Shown one piece after another: positions 12,641 to 25,843 of a stretch of DNA of 64,000 bases. A model generated the notes under the pieces. That model had not been told where the DNA came from. It worked only from the letters and a program-made list of their open reading frames with translations, and did not search any database. The DNA comes from Octopus bimaculoides (taxonomy: Eukaryota), in assembly GCF_001194135.2 (NCBI RefSeq), contig NC_068982.1, forward strand, positions 133,845,039 to 133,909,038, written 5' to 3'. The first letter of the stretch is position 1. The number at the start of each line of letters is the position of its first letter. Position numbers and translations under genes: made by a program.

Positions 12641-15600
12641 TCGTTTATTATACAGAAAATATATAACTGTTTTTACATTAAAACCCTAAAAACTAGTTTA
12701 TGGTCCATCTTTCCTTCTGAAACATGTTTTCTGAGAATTTCTTTTCATGGTCCCAAAAGCTACACAATCTGTACCTTTCATATCCATCATTTTTTTTTTT
12801 TTTTTTTCCTTCAAATAGTCTTTCCAATTTAAATATTTAAATCGATTAAACTGTGCTAAACAAATTATTTACCTTTTTTTTTTAAAGAAAAACCTGTACA
12901 TTAGCAACAACCATATTATTTCTTGGTTTTTATCTCCAATTAATTTTTTTTTTTTAGTTATGAAAATTATTTTTTCAAATTTTCTGCTAATGGGAAAAAA
13001 TATAAAGAAGAAAAGAAACACACAAAACAAAAGATATTGACTTCGTCTNNNNNNNNNNNNNNNNNNNNNNNNNNNNNNNNNNNNNNNNNNNNNNNNNNNN
13101 NNNNNNNNNNNNNNNNNNNNNNNNNNNNNNNNNNNNNNNNNNNNNNNNNNNNNNNNNNNNNNNNNNNNNNNNNNNNNNNNNNNNNNNNNNNNNNNNNNNN
13201 NNNNNNNNNNNNNNNNNNNNNNNNNNNNNNNNNNNNNNNNNNNNNNNNNNNNNNNNNNNNNNNNNNNNNNNNNNNNNNNNNNNNNNNNNNNNNNNNNNNN
13301 NNNNNNNNNNNNNNNNNNNNNNNNNNNNNNNNNNNNNNNNNNNNNNNNNNNNNNNNNNNNNNNNNNNNNNNNNNNNNNNNNNNNNNNNNNNNNNNNNNNN
13401 NNNNNNNNNNNNNNNNNNNNNNNNNNNNNNNNNNNNNNNNNNNNNNNNNNNNNNNNNNNNNNNNNNNNNNNNNNNNNNNNNNNNNNNNNNNNNGCCAAAA
13501 AGAAAGAAAAAAGAAAAAACATTAATATTACCCAGCTCTCGAAACTGGCAGAGTAGTCTTTATTTATTTTATTTACTCATGCTAGATTTTTCAACACTGA
13601 TAACAACAACAACAAAAAGCTAGTAATATATATATATATATATCATCATCGTTTAACGTCCGCTTTCCATGCTAGCATGGGTTGGACGATTTGACTGAGG
13701 ACTGGTGAAACCGGATGGCAACACCAGGCTCCAGATATATATATATATATATCTTTTATTGGATATTTCTTATTTAATTTATTTTAAGCATTCAAACCAA
13801 CCAACTATGATTGACAAAAGCCCTTGTTATTTATTTAATCTTTTTTTTTCTCTTTTGCTCCTGTTTTTTATCTTTTTCTTTTCCCAACTTGCTTAGAAGG
13901 ACAAATTTTTTCAAATGGATAACAAGGGTTACTTGCCTATCAGATGTCAATAGGGAAGCAGGACATTAATGAGATTGCGATCAGCATCACCTGAAATTCT
14001 TGACTAGTAAAATTGTGTTAAACAGCATCTATGTCTTTCTTTGTGTGTGTCTCTCTCTCTCTCTCTCACTGCTGATCTAACAACATCTATATTACGTCCA
14101 AACCATATTATACTTGTGGTGAATTGACTATTTAAACACACTTTTGGGGTTTTCTTTTTTTCCTAAATTGGATTTTAAATTTAAAAATTTAACTTGCTTT
14201 TTATTTTGTGCATTGTCTTATTTTAACATTGTTTCATGAAACACTCGCTATTATTCTTTTTGTTGTTGTTGTGTTAAGTTCATTCAATGTTCCTCTCCTG
14301 TTTCTTGTAGCCCCAAACATTTTTGACATTTACCTTACAGTTGTTTCATTCTCTCTAACTACCCTACTACACCTTTTTTTGTTGTTTCTTTTAAACTCAA
14401 CTATGACCTACTCAACTATGATCCCAGTGACTGGTCTTTTACCCCCCCCCCCCTTTTTTTAAATTTTTTTCCTTTCCTCCAAGCAATGAAATTTCTTTTC
14501 TTCGTTCCCTGAAAACAAAAACAACAAACAAATAGAAAAAAGAACTGATCTATCTATACCGGTGTGATATATATTAATGCATTATTTCAAATTCAACTTT
14601 TTTTTTAACGGCTTTTCAATTTTTTTTTTTTTTTTTTTTGTAACTGTTTTTATATTTTACTCATGCTTTCAACAAATTTCTGTCAATGCAGTTTTGGTCT
14701 GGGAAGGCATGCTACATTTTTTTTTTTTTTTGCTTACCTATGAATGTTTAAACAACCAGATAGTGTGAAAAATCATTGATCTGTGCTATTAAAAGGAACT
14801 TCACAATTTCTTACTTTTATCCTGACTTAATTATTATTTTTTCTTTTATAATTGATTGACTTTTAATAAACAAACAAAACAAAAGCAACAAATAATTACT
14901 ATTAGGTAGGTAGTTCTTCTTTAATGATTACTAATTACTTTTAACAGTAGAAATAAATTGACCATTTTAGCCATTGTTTCTCTTCTTTTCTCAAATGTAA
15001 TTTATGTTTTAATTAATCTAAATTTAAAAGAAAGAAATAAAATTAATATTAGTATACAACATAAAGGTAATTATAAAATTAGTATATTGTAAATGACCAC
15101 TTGGTCATTAAAAGATAATTAATAAAGCTTTTAGTGTATCTTAACACTAAAACATTACATTCCTTACACATGAAATCTAAATTCGACACAGGTCTACTTT
15201 ATCAACAAACTCTCTTATTTCCAATTTAGTAAAAAAGCATTACTACAGTTTTATAGTTTATAACATGATAGCATTTGTCTCTCTTTTTCTTTCTCTCATA
15301 AGTTTGGCATTTGTTTTATTTTTAATCAAACACTCATTCTGAAATGGTTTTATGAAACAGAAAAATATTCATAAATACCTGTGTTTTGTTGTTCAGAATT
15401 TTAAAGTGATAGAGAGGTAGACTTAATGTAGTGCCAGACTAATTTACCTTATAATCTATAGATTTGTCCCTTGATATTCTTGTTTCTTGTTCTGAGGAAG
15501 TAAACTATCTTCAGGTAAGTCAAATGAGATTTGTGCTAGCAGTCAGTAATACTAAGAGTAACTATTTAAGGAGTATACCAAACCAGAATACCCAGTTTTG

Positions 15601-18600
15601 CTACATTCTGTGTATCTGTAGTTACTGAGAAATGGCATTTGGTCAGATTTTGAAAGGAATCACAAAAAGAAGTTTTGCAAGTCTCAGAAACAAATTTCAG
15701 ATTTTGCTAAAATGGTCCTATTGGTGCATAAAAATGTTTGAAGATCTTTAGTAATTTCTTTTTATGAATTTTTTAGTCATGGTTATATTAATGTATTCAT
15801 AAATATTCTGAAATATAATTTGAAAATACAAGAAACCTGCAGAACTTAACCACTTCTACTGTTAAAAAATTGCTTAGTCCCCTCAAGTGGGCCAGAATAC
15901 ATAACATTTTTAAAGCCCTCCTAGATTAGGTGATAGGGATAACTTGCTGTTGTTGATATTTGATTTTCACTTGAAATTCTGCAGTGAATAATTTTGAGCA
16001 TATTACTTCAGCATTTATTAAAATATTAACAACTAGATATATTGGATTACTAAATACCTGTCATACTTTAGGTGCTTTTTGTTTTAAAATTTGTTTGATG
16101 TATTCTCATGTGGCCACCTTACATATAACAATATGGCCTTATCTACTTCAAGCCATTATTTTCACAAGCAAAATACCTAGCTCCAATTAACTGCTGGCTC
16201 TATAAAGCTCCAGTACAATACAAATGGTGGTACTACTGCTCTTGTATTTAAGATCATGCTACATACACACACTGGACTATAGCTGATTGGTAAGACTTAA
16301 TCTCCAGTATGCTACTATCAGAGTAGCAAGTTGTTAGCACTTCAGACAAAATGCTTGACTTTATTTGTTGTGGCTCTTTATGCTCTTAGTTCAATCTCAC
16401 CGAGGTTAGATTTACTTTTGATCCTTCTGGGGTCAATAAAATAAAGTTCCGGTCTTGGTAGCAGATAGACAGAATATTTAGAACTGTAGACAAAATGCTT
16501 TCATGGTATTCATTCCAGCTCTTTATGTTCTGAGTACCCAGGTATCTGAGGCAAATATTCCTGTACCTAGCTGACATGATGGTGTCTTATAAAAATTTAC
16601 CCAAAGGAATCAATGGGAAACCATTTTTGTATCATCAAACAAAAATAAGACAAGTAAATAATGCTTACAAAGGATTTCATCAAGAGGCTATCATTCATTA
16701 ATCTGATGGCATTACAGCTGCTATTTCACAGATATGTCTGCCCTAGTTCTCTGAATTTAGCAAGCTGAATATCACCCAATACATATCTATCTTCACTAAT
16801 TTTGATCCCAATTCTCTCAACTTCCCTCAAACTCTCATATTAAGCACTTAGTCCATCTAATCATTCCTTTTTAGGATTGTGTCTGTTTCAAATACTCTCT
16901 CGTCTGGTATTTCTCTTAAAAACATTGGCTTATATGAATTCAAACTGAACATCAACTTTGCAAAAGGGGGAAAGGGCCTACAGTGCTGATAAGAAGCCTG
17001 AGCTTTTTCTTCTTTTAATTATCTAAAAATCAAGTTAACTCCAAAATAAGATTACATCTACAACACCTTAAAAGCACAATTAATATAAAATATTTTCTTC
17101 TGTTACTTACATAGGTCTGCTCTTTTTATTTAATTACCTGAAATACTCTTACTAGATGCATTAGTCTCTTCTTTCCACTTTTTGCTCTGTTAGCAGCAGT
17201 ATATCTTCTCTCAGCACCTATCCTTACCTCACCATTCTATTGTATGCTCTTTCTCTCAAATTTATATTTTCTACATCATCCCACTTTTTTCTTTCTTTCC
17301 TTTTTTTTTCAGTTTTCCACATATCAACTCAATTTCATAAACTATGATGAGCTAACATCAACATGTTCTTTCTAAAGATTGTCTGAAAATAGGCTATAGT
17401 GAGTCTAGGCTTTTGTCAGACTTCCATTCATGGTCAAGATATACTATAAGGATTGAAACTCAGCTCTACAAACCATCTAAAGACTACATTCTGTGGTGAG
17501 CTGCACCTGTGCACACTATCAGTAGAAAGCTAGGTAGTAGTCCAAACCAGTTGAGAGTTAAGTCGTGTTTGGTCACAAACACAATTCTAGTGGCAAGATA
17601 CAAAGTCAGCAAGTTCCAAATTTTGGTCTTAGCTTTCTGTTAGATTATACAGCAGTGTTTCTCAAACATTTTACTCTAGGGTACCTTTGAAATACATTTC
17701 TTATCAAAAGGAACCTCAATATAAAAACTGTTAGCCACCTCTTTTAGTACTACACCCATCGCAGTAGAGGAATCTTGTCTTGTAAGTTACTTGGTGACCT
17801 CACGAGTTCCAATGCCACATAAAAAGCATCCAGTATACTTCATAAAGTATTTCATGTTAGATAGGGTATCCAGCTGTAGAAACCATGCCAGAGCAGACAC
17901 TGGAGTTTGCAGTCCTCTTGCTCACTAGCTTTTGTCAAACTGTCCAACCCATGCCAGCATAGAAAACTGACATTAATTGATGATTATCTCTATTAATCAT
18001 TTTCTTTTTCTTCCATAAATTTAAATTCTGCTAAGGGATTAAACTAGTTGTAAAACTATCTTTGAATTGTTCTATAGTGCTAAGCCTGTTGGACATCATG
18101 AAGATGATTTAAGAAATTTTGTCTTAATCAAGATCATGTTTACGAGCAAATTTCCCTACTTAAGGAAAGATGATGCACATATATAATAAAATAAACTTAT
18201 GAGTATAGACTTTAAGACAAAAATGACTCAGAAATGCATTTCCATATAATTAACCTATTTATCATTATATAACAACTGTTTTAATTTATGTTTCTTCTCT
18301 TTCCATCAGTAACATTATTGTGATGGAGTTAAGGGCTGGGCAAGGGGTTCATCAGAATTGTTAGAACATCAGGAAAAAAAATGCCTTGAGGTATTTCTTC
18401 TTTCTACATTCTGAATTTATCCCTTGGAGTACAATTAAGGTACCAGTCAAAAACTGGGGTCAGTGATATCAACTTCCCCCACTATCACCACTACTACCAC
18501 TTCCGTTCAAAATTGCTGGACTTTGCCAAAATCCAATGCAGATAACTATAATAGAGTTATCCCAGAAAAATTAGAAACAACTACTTTCACTCTTTTGAAA

Positions 18601-18643
18601 CGGTGTTTACTGGCATCTTCGTGTTTAAATATATATATGTATG

Positions 18644-18698
<55 letters not shown>

Positions 18699-18956
18699 CA
18701 ATTTAGATTCAGTTGAAGTAGGTTCTTAAATTGAAGGACTTTGTTAGGTCATAATAACATGCACACCCAAACAATATTAAGTGAATATCAAACTCAGTGC
18801 AGAAGTGCTAGCACCTGATATTCTTGCAATGTATGCAAATAATATGACCCAGCTGAGTGTAGAGATCTGCTCTTGGCTATTCAGACATGTACTTTATATT
18901 AAAATACCTTCTATAATATTTCCAAAGTGCAGATTCCAGGATAGGTGAATAAAATA

Positions 18957-19075
18957 TAACATAGAGGTATAGGTCTCAATTCATTACAGCCATTTCAAGC
19001 GACTCTTTTCCATTAATCCATTAACGGAGTCACTTGAAACGGCTGTAATGAATTGAGACCTATACCTCTATGTTA
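18957..19075. repeat. 119-bp near-perfect hairpin
   Basis: 49-bp arms (18957-19005 and 19027-19075) with two mismatches and a 21-nt loop. TA occurs at both ends. Confidence 0.9.
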
Positions 19076-19093
19076 CTCATTTATATATGTGTG

Positions 19094-19129
<36 letters not shown>

Positions 19130-20536
19130 TATAATGTAATATAAAAGTTAAGTTTTACAAGGAAAAGGTTGAGAGTAGCTTTGAAGTTTCAGCTTACCAG
19201 CTGTCATGAGACTTAGAAAATATTGAGTTTAAAGTGTTTTTGTATATAACTTCACATAAAAACAAATATGAATATGAACAATTGCAAGGTGGTATATAGA
19301 ATTCTGCAAGCCTGACTGATTACTGTATTATCTAAGCATGAATCTTTTAGTAGCTCACATTTAAATCCTATCCTATCATCTTCATCATCTGTTCTCCATG
19401 ATGGCAAGAGTTGGACAGTTTGACAGGAGCTGGCCAGCTGGAGAACTGTCCAGGCTCCATTTGTCTGTTTTGGCATGGTTTCTGTGACTTGATGCCCTTC
19501 TTAATGCTACCCACTTTACAGAGTGTATAGGTGTTTTTAATGTGACACAGGTATGCATGCTTTCACATGGCACCAGTACCCATGAGCAGACTGTTTATTA
19601 AATTACATACACTAACATATCTTAGAGACATTACTTAAGTGCTGTCACTGACAATGTTACAGCACTGCAGTACTGTGGGTTCAAAATCATTGCGTTACGA
19701 TGGTAAATAAACAGAGAGAAATGCAGTAGTGTTGAAGATCTAAGTAAACTACTGGAAATACTTTCAAACTGATAACATTAACAATATATCTAATATTTGC
19801 TTTGTTGTATCTTGGGAGGGTCTTTACGCCAATAATAAACACATGCACTGGTTCTATTCCACTTGTTACTTATTTGTCAATTGGTTAAACATTTAATCAG
19901 TTAACTAATTGATTGTTTGATTAATTAATCAGTCAATCAATCAGCTAGGTTTGTCAACATCCTTTTGTTACCATCACAACCTCATCAATGACATGTCCTC
20001 TCTATTTCTGGTCTGTCTGTCTGTCTTCTAGTTTACAAGTTCTCTATTTATATTACTTGCCTTTTTGATTACTCCAAGATGTAAGTTTTAATTCTATCTA
20101 CATTAAGTGAAGTTTTCTTAACCAATAAGACCTTAGTGTTCTGGTTTTAAAGAAACCAAAAGGGTTCTCTAAAACTTTTGAACCTCAGCAATAATTGCTT
20201 TGATCTAAAATATGAACAAAGAAGAAATTACATCAATTTCATTGCTTGTGAGAAATTTTTTGTGTTTTTAAAGGCTTTTAAGAAATTTGTTCATTCCATT
20301 TATTTATTTATTTTTTTCCTTTTTCCTAGTTAAAAAAATCTTAGTGTCACTAAAACACTTATTGTAAATCATAAGGGACACTGATGTTTTTCTTTACCAC
20401 AGCAGCTAATTGTTGCAATATATACACACACATATACATATGTGCATGGCCACAGTCTTTTATCTGAAACCGGTTAAAGATTAATGTACACACACATCTC
20501 TCTCTTTCTCACATATATGTATATCTATTGTGTATG

Positions 20537-20573
<37 letters not shown>

Positions 20574-21830
20574 GACACAAGAAATAAGAAGAAAGAGGAA
20601 ACACTTTTTTACTTAGAAACTCAGATAACACCATTGGGCCCATTTTCACTGACTGTATTTTAAATGGTTTTGTATAACACTTCAATTTCTTACATAAACT
20701 GAATTACAGAAGTTAATTTTTTTTATATTTTATCATGTCTTAAGCATAGTTCTAGGTAGAACTTCTTCAACATCCCTAAACTTAATCTGTCTGTATCACC
20801 AGAATCAACACCATTGCTACTCATCTCTGGTTTCTATAATAAAAGCAGATAAAAGGTAAATTCTTTCTTTATAGTCTCAACTCTAACAGTTTCTGTTTAA
20901 GTAATTTATAGGTTCTAAAGTTCAAGATAATATAAGCAGTAAGCAATTGTCTTAAATTTCTAAATTAATACACTTTTATTTTTGTTAATTAACTAATTAT
21001 TTTAGATTGCACTGAATCAGTGTGGGGTTTTTTTTTTTTTTGGTTTCTTTTTCTTAGTTACTGATTAAATAATTTAAACTACAAAACAGTAAATTCTTTT
21101 AATTAATAAACTTCAGAATTTGAGGAAGATCATGATAGCATACGTTGGCAAAAATCAGTAAAGTTTACAAATATAAGTTTGTTAAAGTAGAAAGAAGAGT
21201 GCTGGTAGGAATTCTGTCTTAATTATTCATTATATATCTGTTGAATTACACTAGATTAATGAAGAATTTTAAACATGAAATTTTATTAGGTTTTATTTTA
21301 GACCAAAACAGGAAATTTTGTATCATTAAACCAAAACTGGTCTCATGCAGGTTAGTATCAAATGGATTAAGCAAGGGTCTTCTTTGAAGTGGGGTGGGAC
21401 TGAAATTAAATTTCCCTAAGTTTTATGAATTTGCTTATGCAATCCTAACCCTTTGAAACAGCAGCAATCTATCCTTGCCTGTTTACTCTATAAAACAATG
21501 TTTTAATCACTTCATCCTTTTGTTAAATTTGTTGCATTTCCAGTTTCTATTTTTTAACAATTCTCAATCCTACCACTACCATTCACCTGTACATTTAGTT
21601 ATTCCTTTTGTCCACTTGTCTTTTTATCATGCAAAAATACTCATCTGCTCTTTCATTTAATTATATAAGTTACTCAATATTTGGAAAGAAATTAGGCCCT
21701 TATACACACACACACCATTACATTCAATGCCTTGCCTATCTGAATACCACCAGAGTTGACTTGACATTTCTTCTCGTTTGAGGAATTAAGAATAACTTGA
21801 TTCAGTCAACTATGAAACCCTAAATATATC

Positions 21831-22054
21831 TATACATATAGATATATATGTATGTANNNNNNNNNNNNNNNNNNNNNNNNNNNNNNNNNNNNNNNNNNNN
21901 NNNNNNNNNNNNNNNNNNNNNNNNNNNNNNNNNNNNNNNNNNNNNNNNNNNNNNNNATATATGTGTGTGTGTGTATATGTATATGTATATATATATGTGT
22001 GTGTGTGTATATGTATATGTATATATATGTATGTATGTGTATACATATATATAT

Positions 22055-22103
<49 letters not shown>

Positions 22104-22235
22104 NNNNNNNNNNTATATGTGTATGTATATATGTGTATGTATATATGTGTATATATATGTGTGTATATATATATATATGTGTATATATATGTATATATAT
22201 ATATACATACATATATATACATATACACACACAAT
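21831..22235. repeat. Compound (TA)/(TG)/(TATG) microsatellite with two gaps
   Basis: Direct reading. It explains the I/Y/V/C-rich pseudo-ORFs in all frames. Confidence 0.95.
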
Positions 22236-25200
22236 TATTATTACAGCATTGAAAAATTGAAATGGCTGGTGGGTTGGTAGAATCGTGAAAGCATTGGACA
22301 ACTGCATTGCAGTATTTCATCCACCTCTTTACATTCTGAGTTCAAATTCAGCTGAGGTCAGCTTTGCCTTTCGTCCTTCTGAGATGAATAAAATAAAGAA
22401 CCAGTCAAGTACTGGGGTCAATGTAACCAACTAATCCTCTCCCCTCAAAAATTATTAGCCTGAACTAGATACAGTTATTGCATTGAAAAGGGTGATGAGT
22501 TGAGAGAATCTTTAGAGTATCAGATAAAATGCCCAGCAGTGATTGTTTTGGCTCTTTACATTCTGAGTTCAAATCTTGCTGAGGTCACTCAACTTTACTT
22601 TTTATCTTTCCACAGTTGAGAAAATATTTCTCAAATAGCAATCAAATTCTGAGGGACAGTGTAATTAGCTGCTCTCTTCCCCAAAATTTTTGGTTTGTTG
22701 TGTTTGTTAGAAATTAATATTACAACATTCGATATAAAATGCAGTTCTCAGCTAAATGCCTAATAGTATTTAGTTTTGGCCCACAGCATTATAAGTTCAA
22801 ATCCAAATGTGAATTCAATCAAATATCAATATGCTCCTCTCTCCGAACAATAGGTTGCAATGAACCAAAGAAATTTTACCTGGTTGAGATGTATTTTTAT
22901 TATCTAAAACTTAGATAAGGAAGCAAGCTGGTAGGATTGTTAATATATTGGACAAAATGCTTAGCAGCATTTCTTCTGACTCGTTACATTCCGAGTTCAA
23001 CTTTATCTTCCATCTTGTTGGAGTCAATAAAATAAGTACCAGTTAAGCACTGGGAGTCAATGTGATTGACTATCCCAATTCACCTAAAATTGCAGGCCTT
23101 GTACCTAAATTTGAAACCATTATCTATCATATAGATATTACCTTCTATCTTTCCTTTCTAGGTCTTATTTAACAGGTTGAAAACTATACCACCAACTCTT
23201 TATATCTATAAAGACACTTCAAGTGTTTCCAGACAAGTGAATTAGTGAACCATATATTATATATATATGTGGTTTTCTTCTTTTTTTTTGTTTTTGTTTT
23301 TGACAATTCTTCTAAGAATAAATTTTCATTAGCTGCTGAAATGTTTTGTTAAAAGAGAACTTAACAAAAACAAAATTAAAAAAACAAAAAAAGAGAATTG
23401 CGAAAACCCAAAAAGAAATTGAACAATTTTTAAAGGAAACAATTGTGCTATGAATTTCCTTGAATTTACAATTCTTAAAAATCTTTTATGGTAATGAGTC
23501 CGAATGATCTGCCAAAGATCTTTCAGAATTATTTCTAGAAATTACAATTAGTGCCTATTTACTGTAAGAATATTTTGTATTAGTTCTTCTTGTCATTTTT
23601 GTCATTGTTGAATTAACATACATAACATATATATATATATATTCTGCTTTTGATATTTTTTGGGGCTTGTACTTCATTTTTCAGCTTAATGTCCAAAACA
23701 ATACATATATTCATCTATGTGTCTATGTGTGTGAGCGTGTGTGTGGAAGTATGTTTAATGTAATTTATTAATTACCACAGTGCCTAACTTTTATCTATTC
23801 CTGATTTAGGTCTTTTATAGTAGCAGTGAAACGATTATCGTATTCTGTGACCAGACATTAAATTATATATATATATGAACTATATATATATATATATATA
23901 TAATAATGATAATAAAATACATTAGATATATTATAGGAATGTCAGTATTTTCAGTTTTTTTTTTTTAATCTTAAATTCAAGAATTACTTCTGATAAATTC
24001 CTGTTAACAAATGTCACTTTAAAAACTAACAAAAAAAAAAATCAATGCTGGTGCTATGTTTGTTTTCTTATGTATTTTTAAATGACTCTCTCTCCCTCCC
24101 AAACTCTACTTCACTAACTTCATTTCTCTCAGTTTAAGTGGTAGTTTTTTAGGTGTTTTTTCATGACTACAATGGAAGGCATACCTGTTGAATTACAAGG
24201 TCTTTTCCTTTATCTTATTTAGTTTTTTTTTTCCTTCCAGGATTGCTAAAATATGTGCCATCATGTCTGGGTTAATTCAAACAACATTTCTTTCCTCCTT
24301 TTAATTTGTGGTCTTGAAGCAAAAGGCAAATGCCATTTTCTGCAGCCTCAGGTTAGCTTGTACCTTGAGTGAAATTGAGAATTGGTGAAACAGAAATGGT
24401 ATAGAAGCCTGTCACAAGGATTATACCCCTGATAGGAGGGCACAGCTTTTGTCACACACACACAGTGTTGTGCTGATTCTGCCCGAAAATTGTGTAGAAG
24501 GTACATGTGTCTGTGGAATGCTCAGCCACTAACACAATGATGCAATTGATCAAACATGCTGAAGAATCATCCATCCATATATACACGTGTGTATATATAT
24601 ATTCTAAGTTTTTGTGAGTGATTTGGGGGCTGGAATGAGAAACTCCAAGTAATTACTTACACAGAATTGAATTATGCTACTCTACTCTACCTAGCAATAT
24701 TGAATACTTTCATTTCACACTAGTGTGATATTACTATCTTATACATATATGTGTGTGTGCATGCATATGTATATATATATATATATATATAATTGAAGCA
24801 CAATAACCATGGGGTGAATGTGACAGAATACTAAGTATAATTCTGTTGTGCTTTTTGTCAAAGCTAATCACTCTGCTCCAGTCTACCTTTCAACACACAA
24901 AATTGTTTTTTTTTTAATAATTCTTGTGAATGTCATGAGTTTCGTAAACCATTGAAACATCAGGACATCATTGAAGTCTTTGTCATTAAAGCAAGTCAGC
25001 CTGATAGAGGTCATTCTCCAAGCCAAGGGAAGAATTGGCCACAGCAATTTAAAGTAACAAAATGTTCGTTAATTTTGCAGTTTTGCTTCATAGTAAATGC
25101 CCAGTGGCACATATTTACAGCTAGGTGGAATGTCTGTTGAGACTGAAGCATGTTTGGTCATTAAACACAAAGTAGCACTGATGATAGGAATAGAACTACT

Positions 25201-25806
25201 ATCCCTTCAATTGCTAGTCAAACATCCTATCATTTCAACCAGTGACAGCTAGTATGTTGAAATATTCTAGTCAAAACATTCATACATCTTATGTTTGCTC
25301 TCTGATTTACAACCAAGCTCAGTTGAAATAAAAACCATTCGCTTTAGATTATAAATTGTCTGACAAGAAAAAAGATGTTAATATATGCTCTCAGATGGTT
25401 TTGCTATTCTTAGTTTTCATTAGTGGACATTGCAGCTGTGTGTGTTTGTATGTGTGTACAGAGAGAGAGTAGGAGAAAGAGAGAGGGAGTCGTCATAAAT
25501 GACCAATATTGGAAATGAAATTAACATTTTTTGGTGCTGAGGCAATTACTATATTGCACAATATTCTAACTGTACACATCACATTATTTTCTGGTTCTGG
25601 GCTCCAGTTCATTCTAAGTTCCCAGTACATTATGTGACATGTTTTTTTTTGTTGTTTCTTCTTGTTTTTGTGGGGATTTTTGTGTTTTTTAGGGGTGTGT
25701 GGGTGCCTACTTCAGCTCTTGGTAAAACAAAATGTGCGTCTTTAGTTTTTGCCATAGACTTTTATACATAACCTACAGCTCAGCTATAGCTTTATCATTG
25801 CTAGTC

Positions 25807-25843
<37 letters not shown>

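Noticed and set aside
15462-15514. Exon-like open segment ending CAG|gtaagt, plus a strong acceptor at 24240
   Set aside because: No recognisable protein and no consistent exon chain. Such signals are frequent in AT-rich DNA.
21810-22320. Long ORFs in several frames (also 12869-13525, 58444-59113 and the gap-spanning parts of 62359-63402)
   Set aside because: They are artefacts of microsatellites and N runs.
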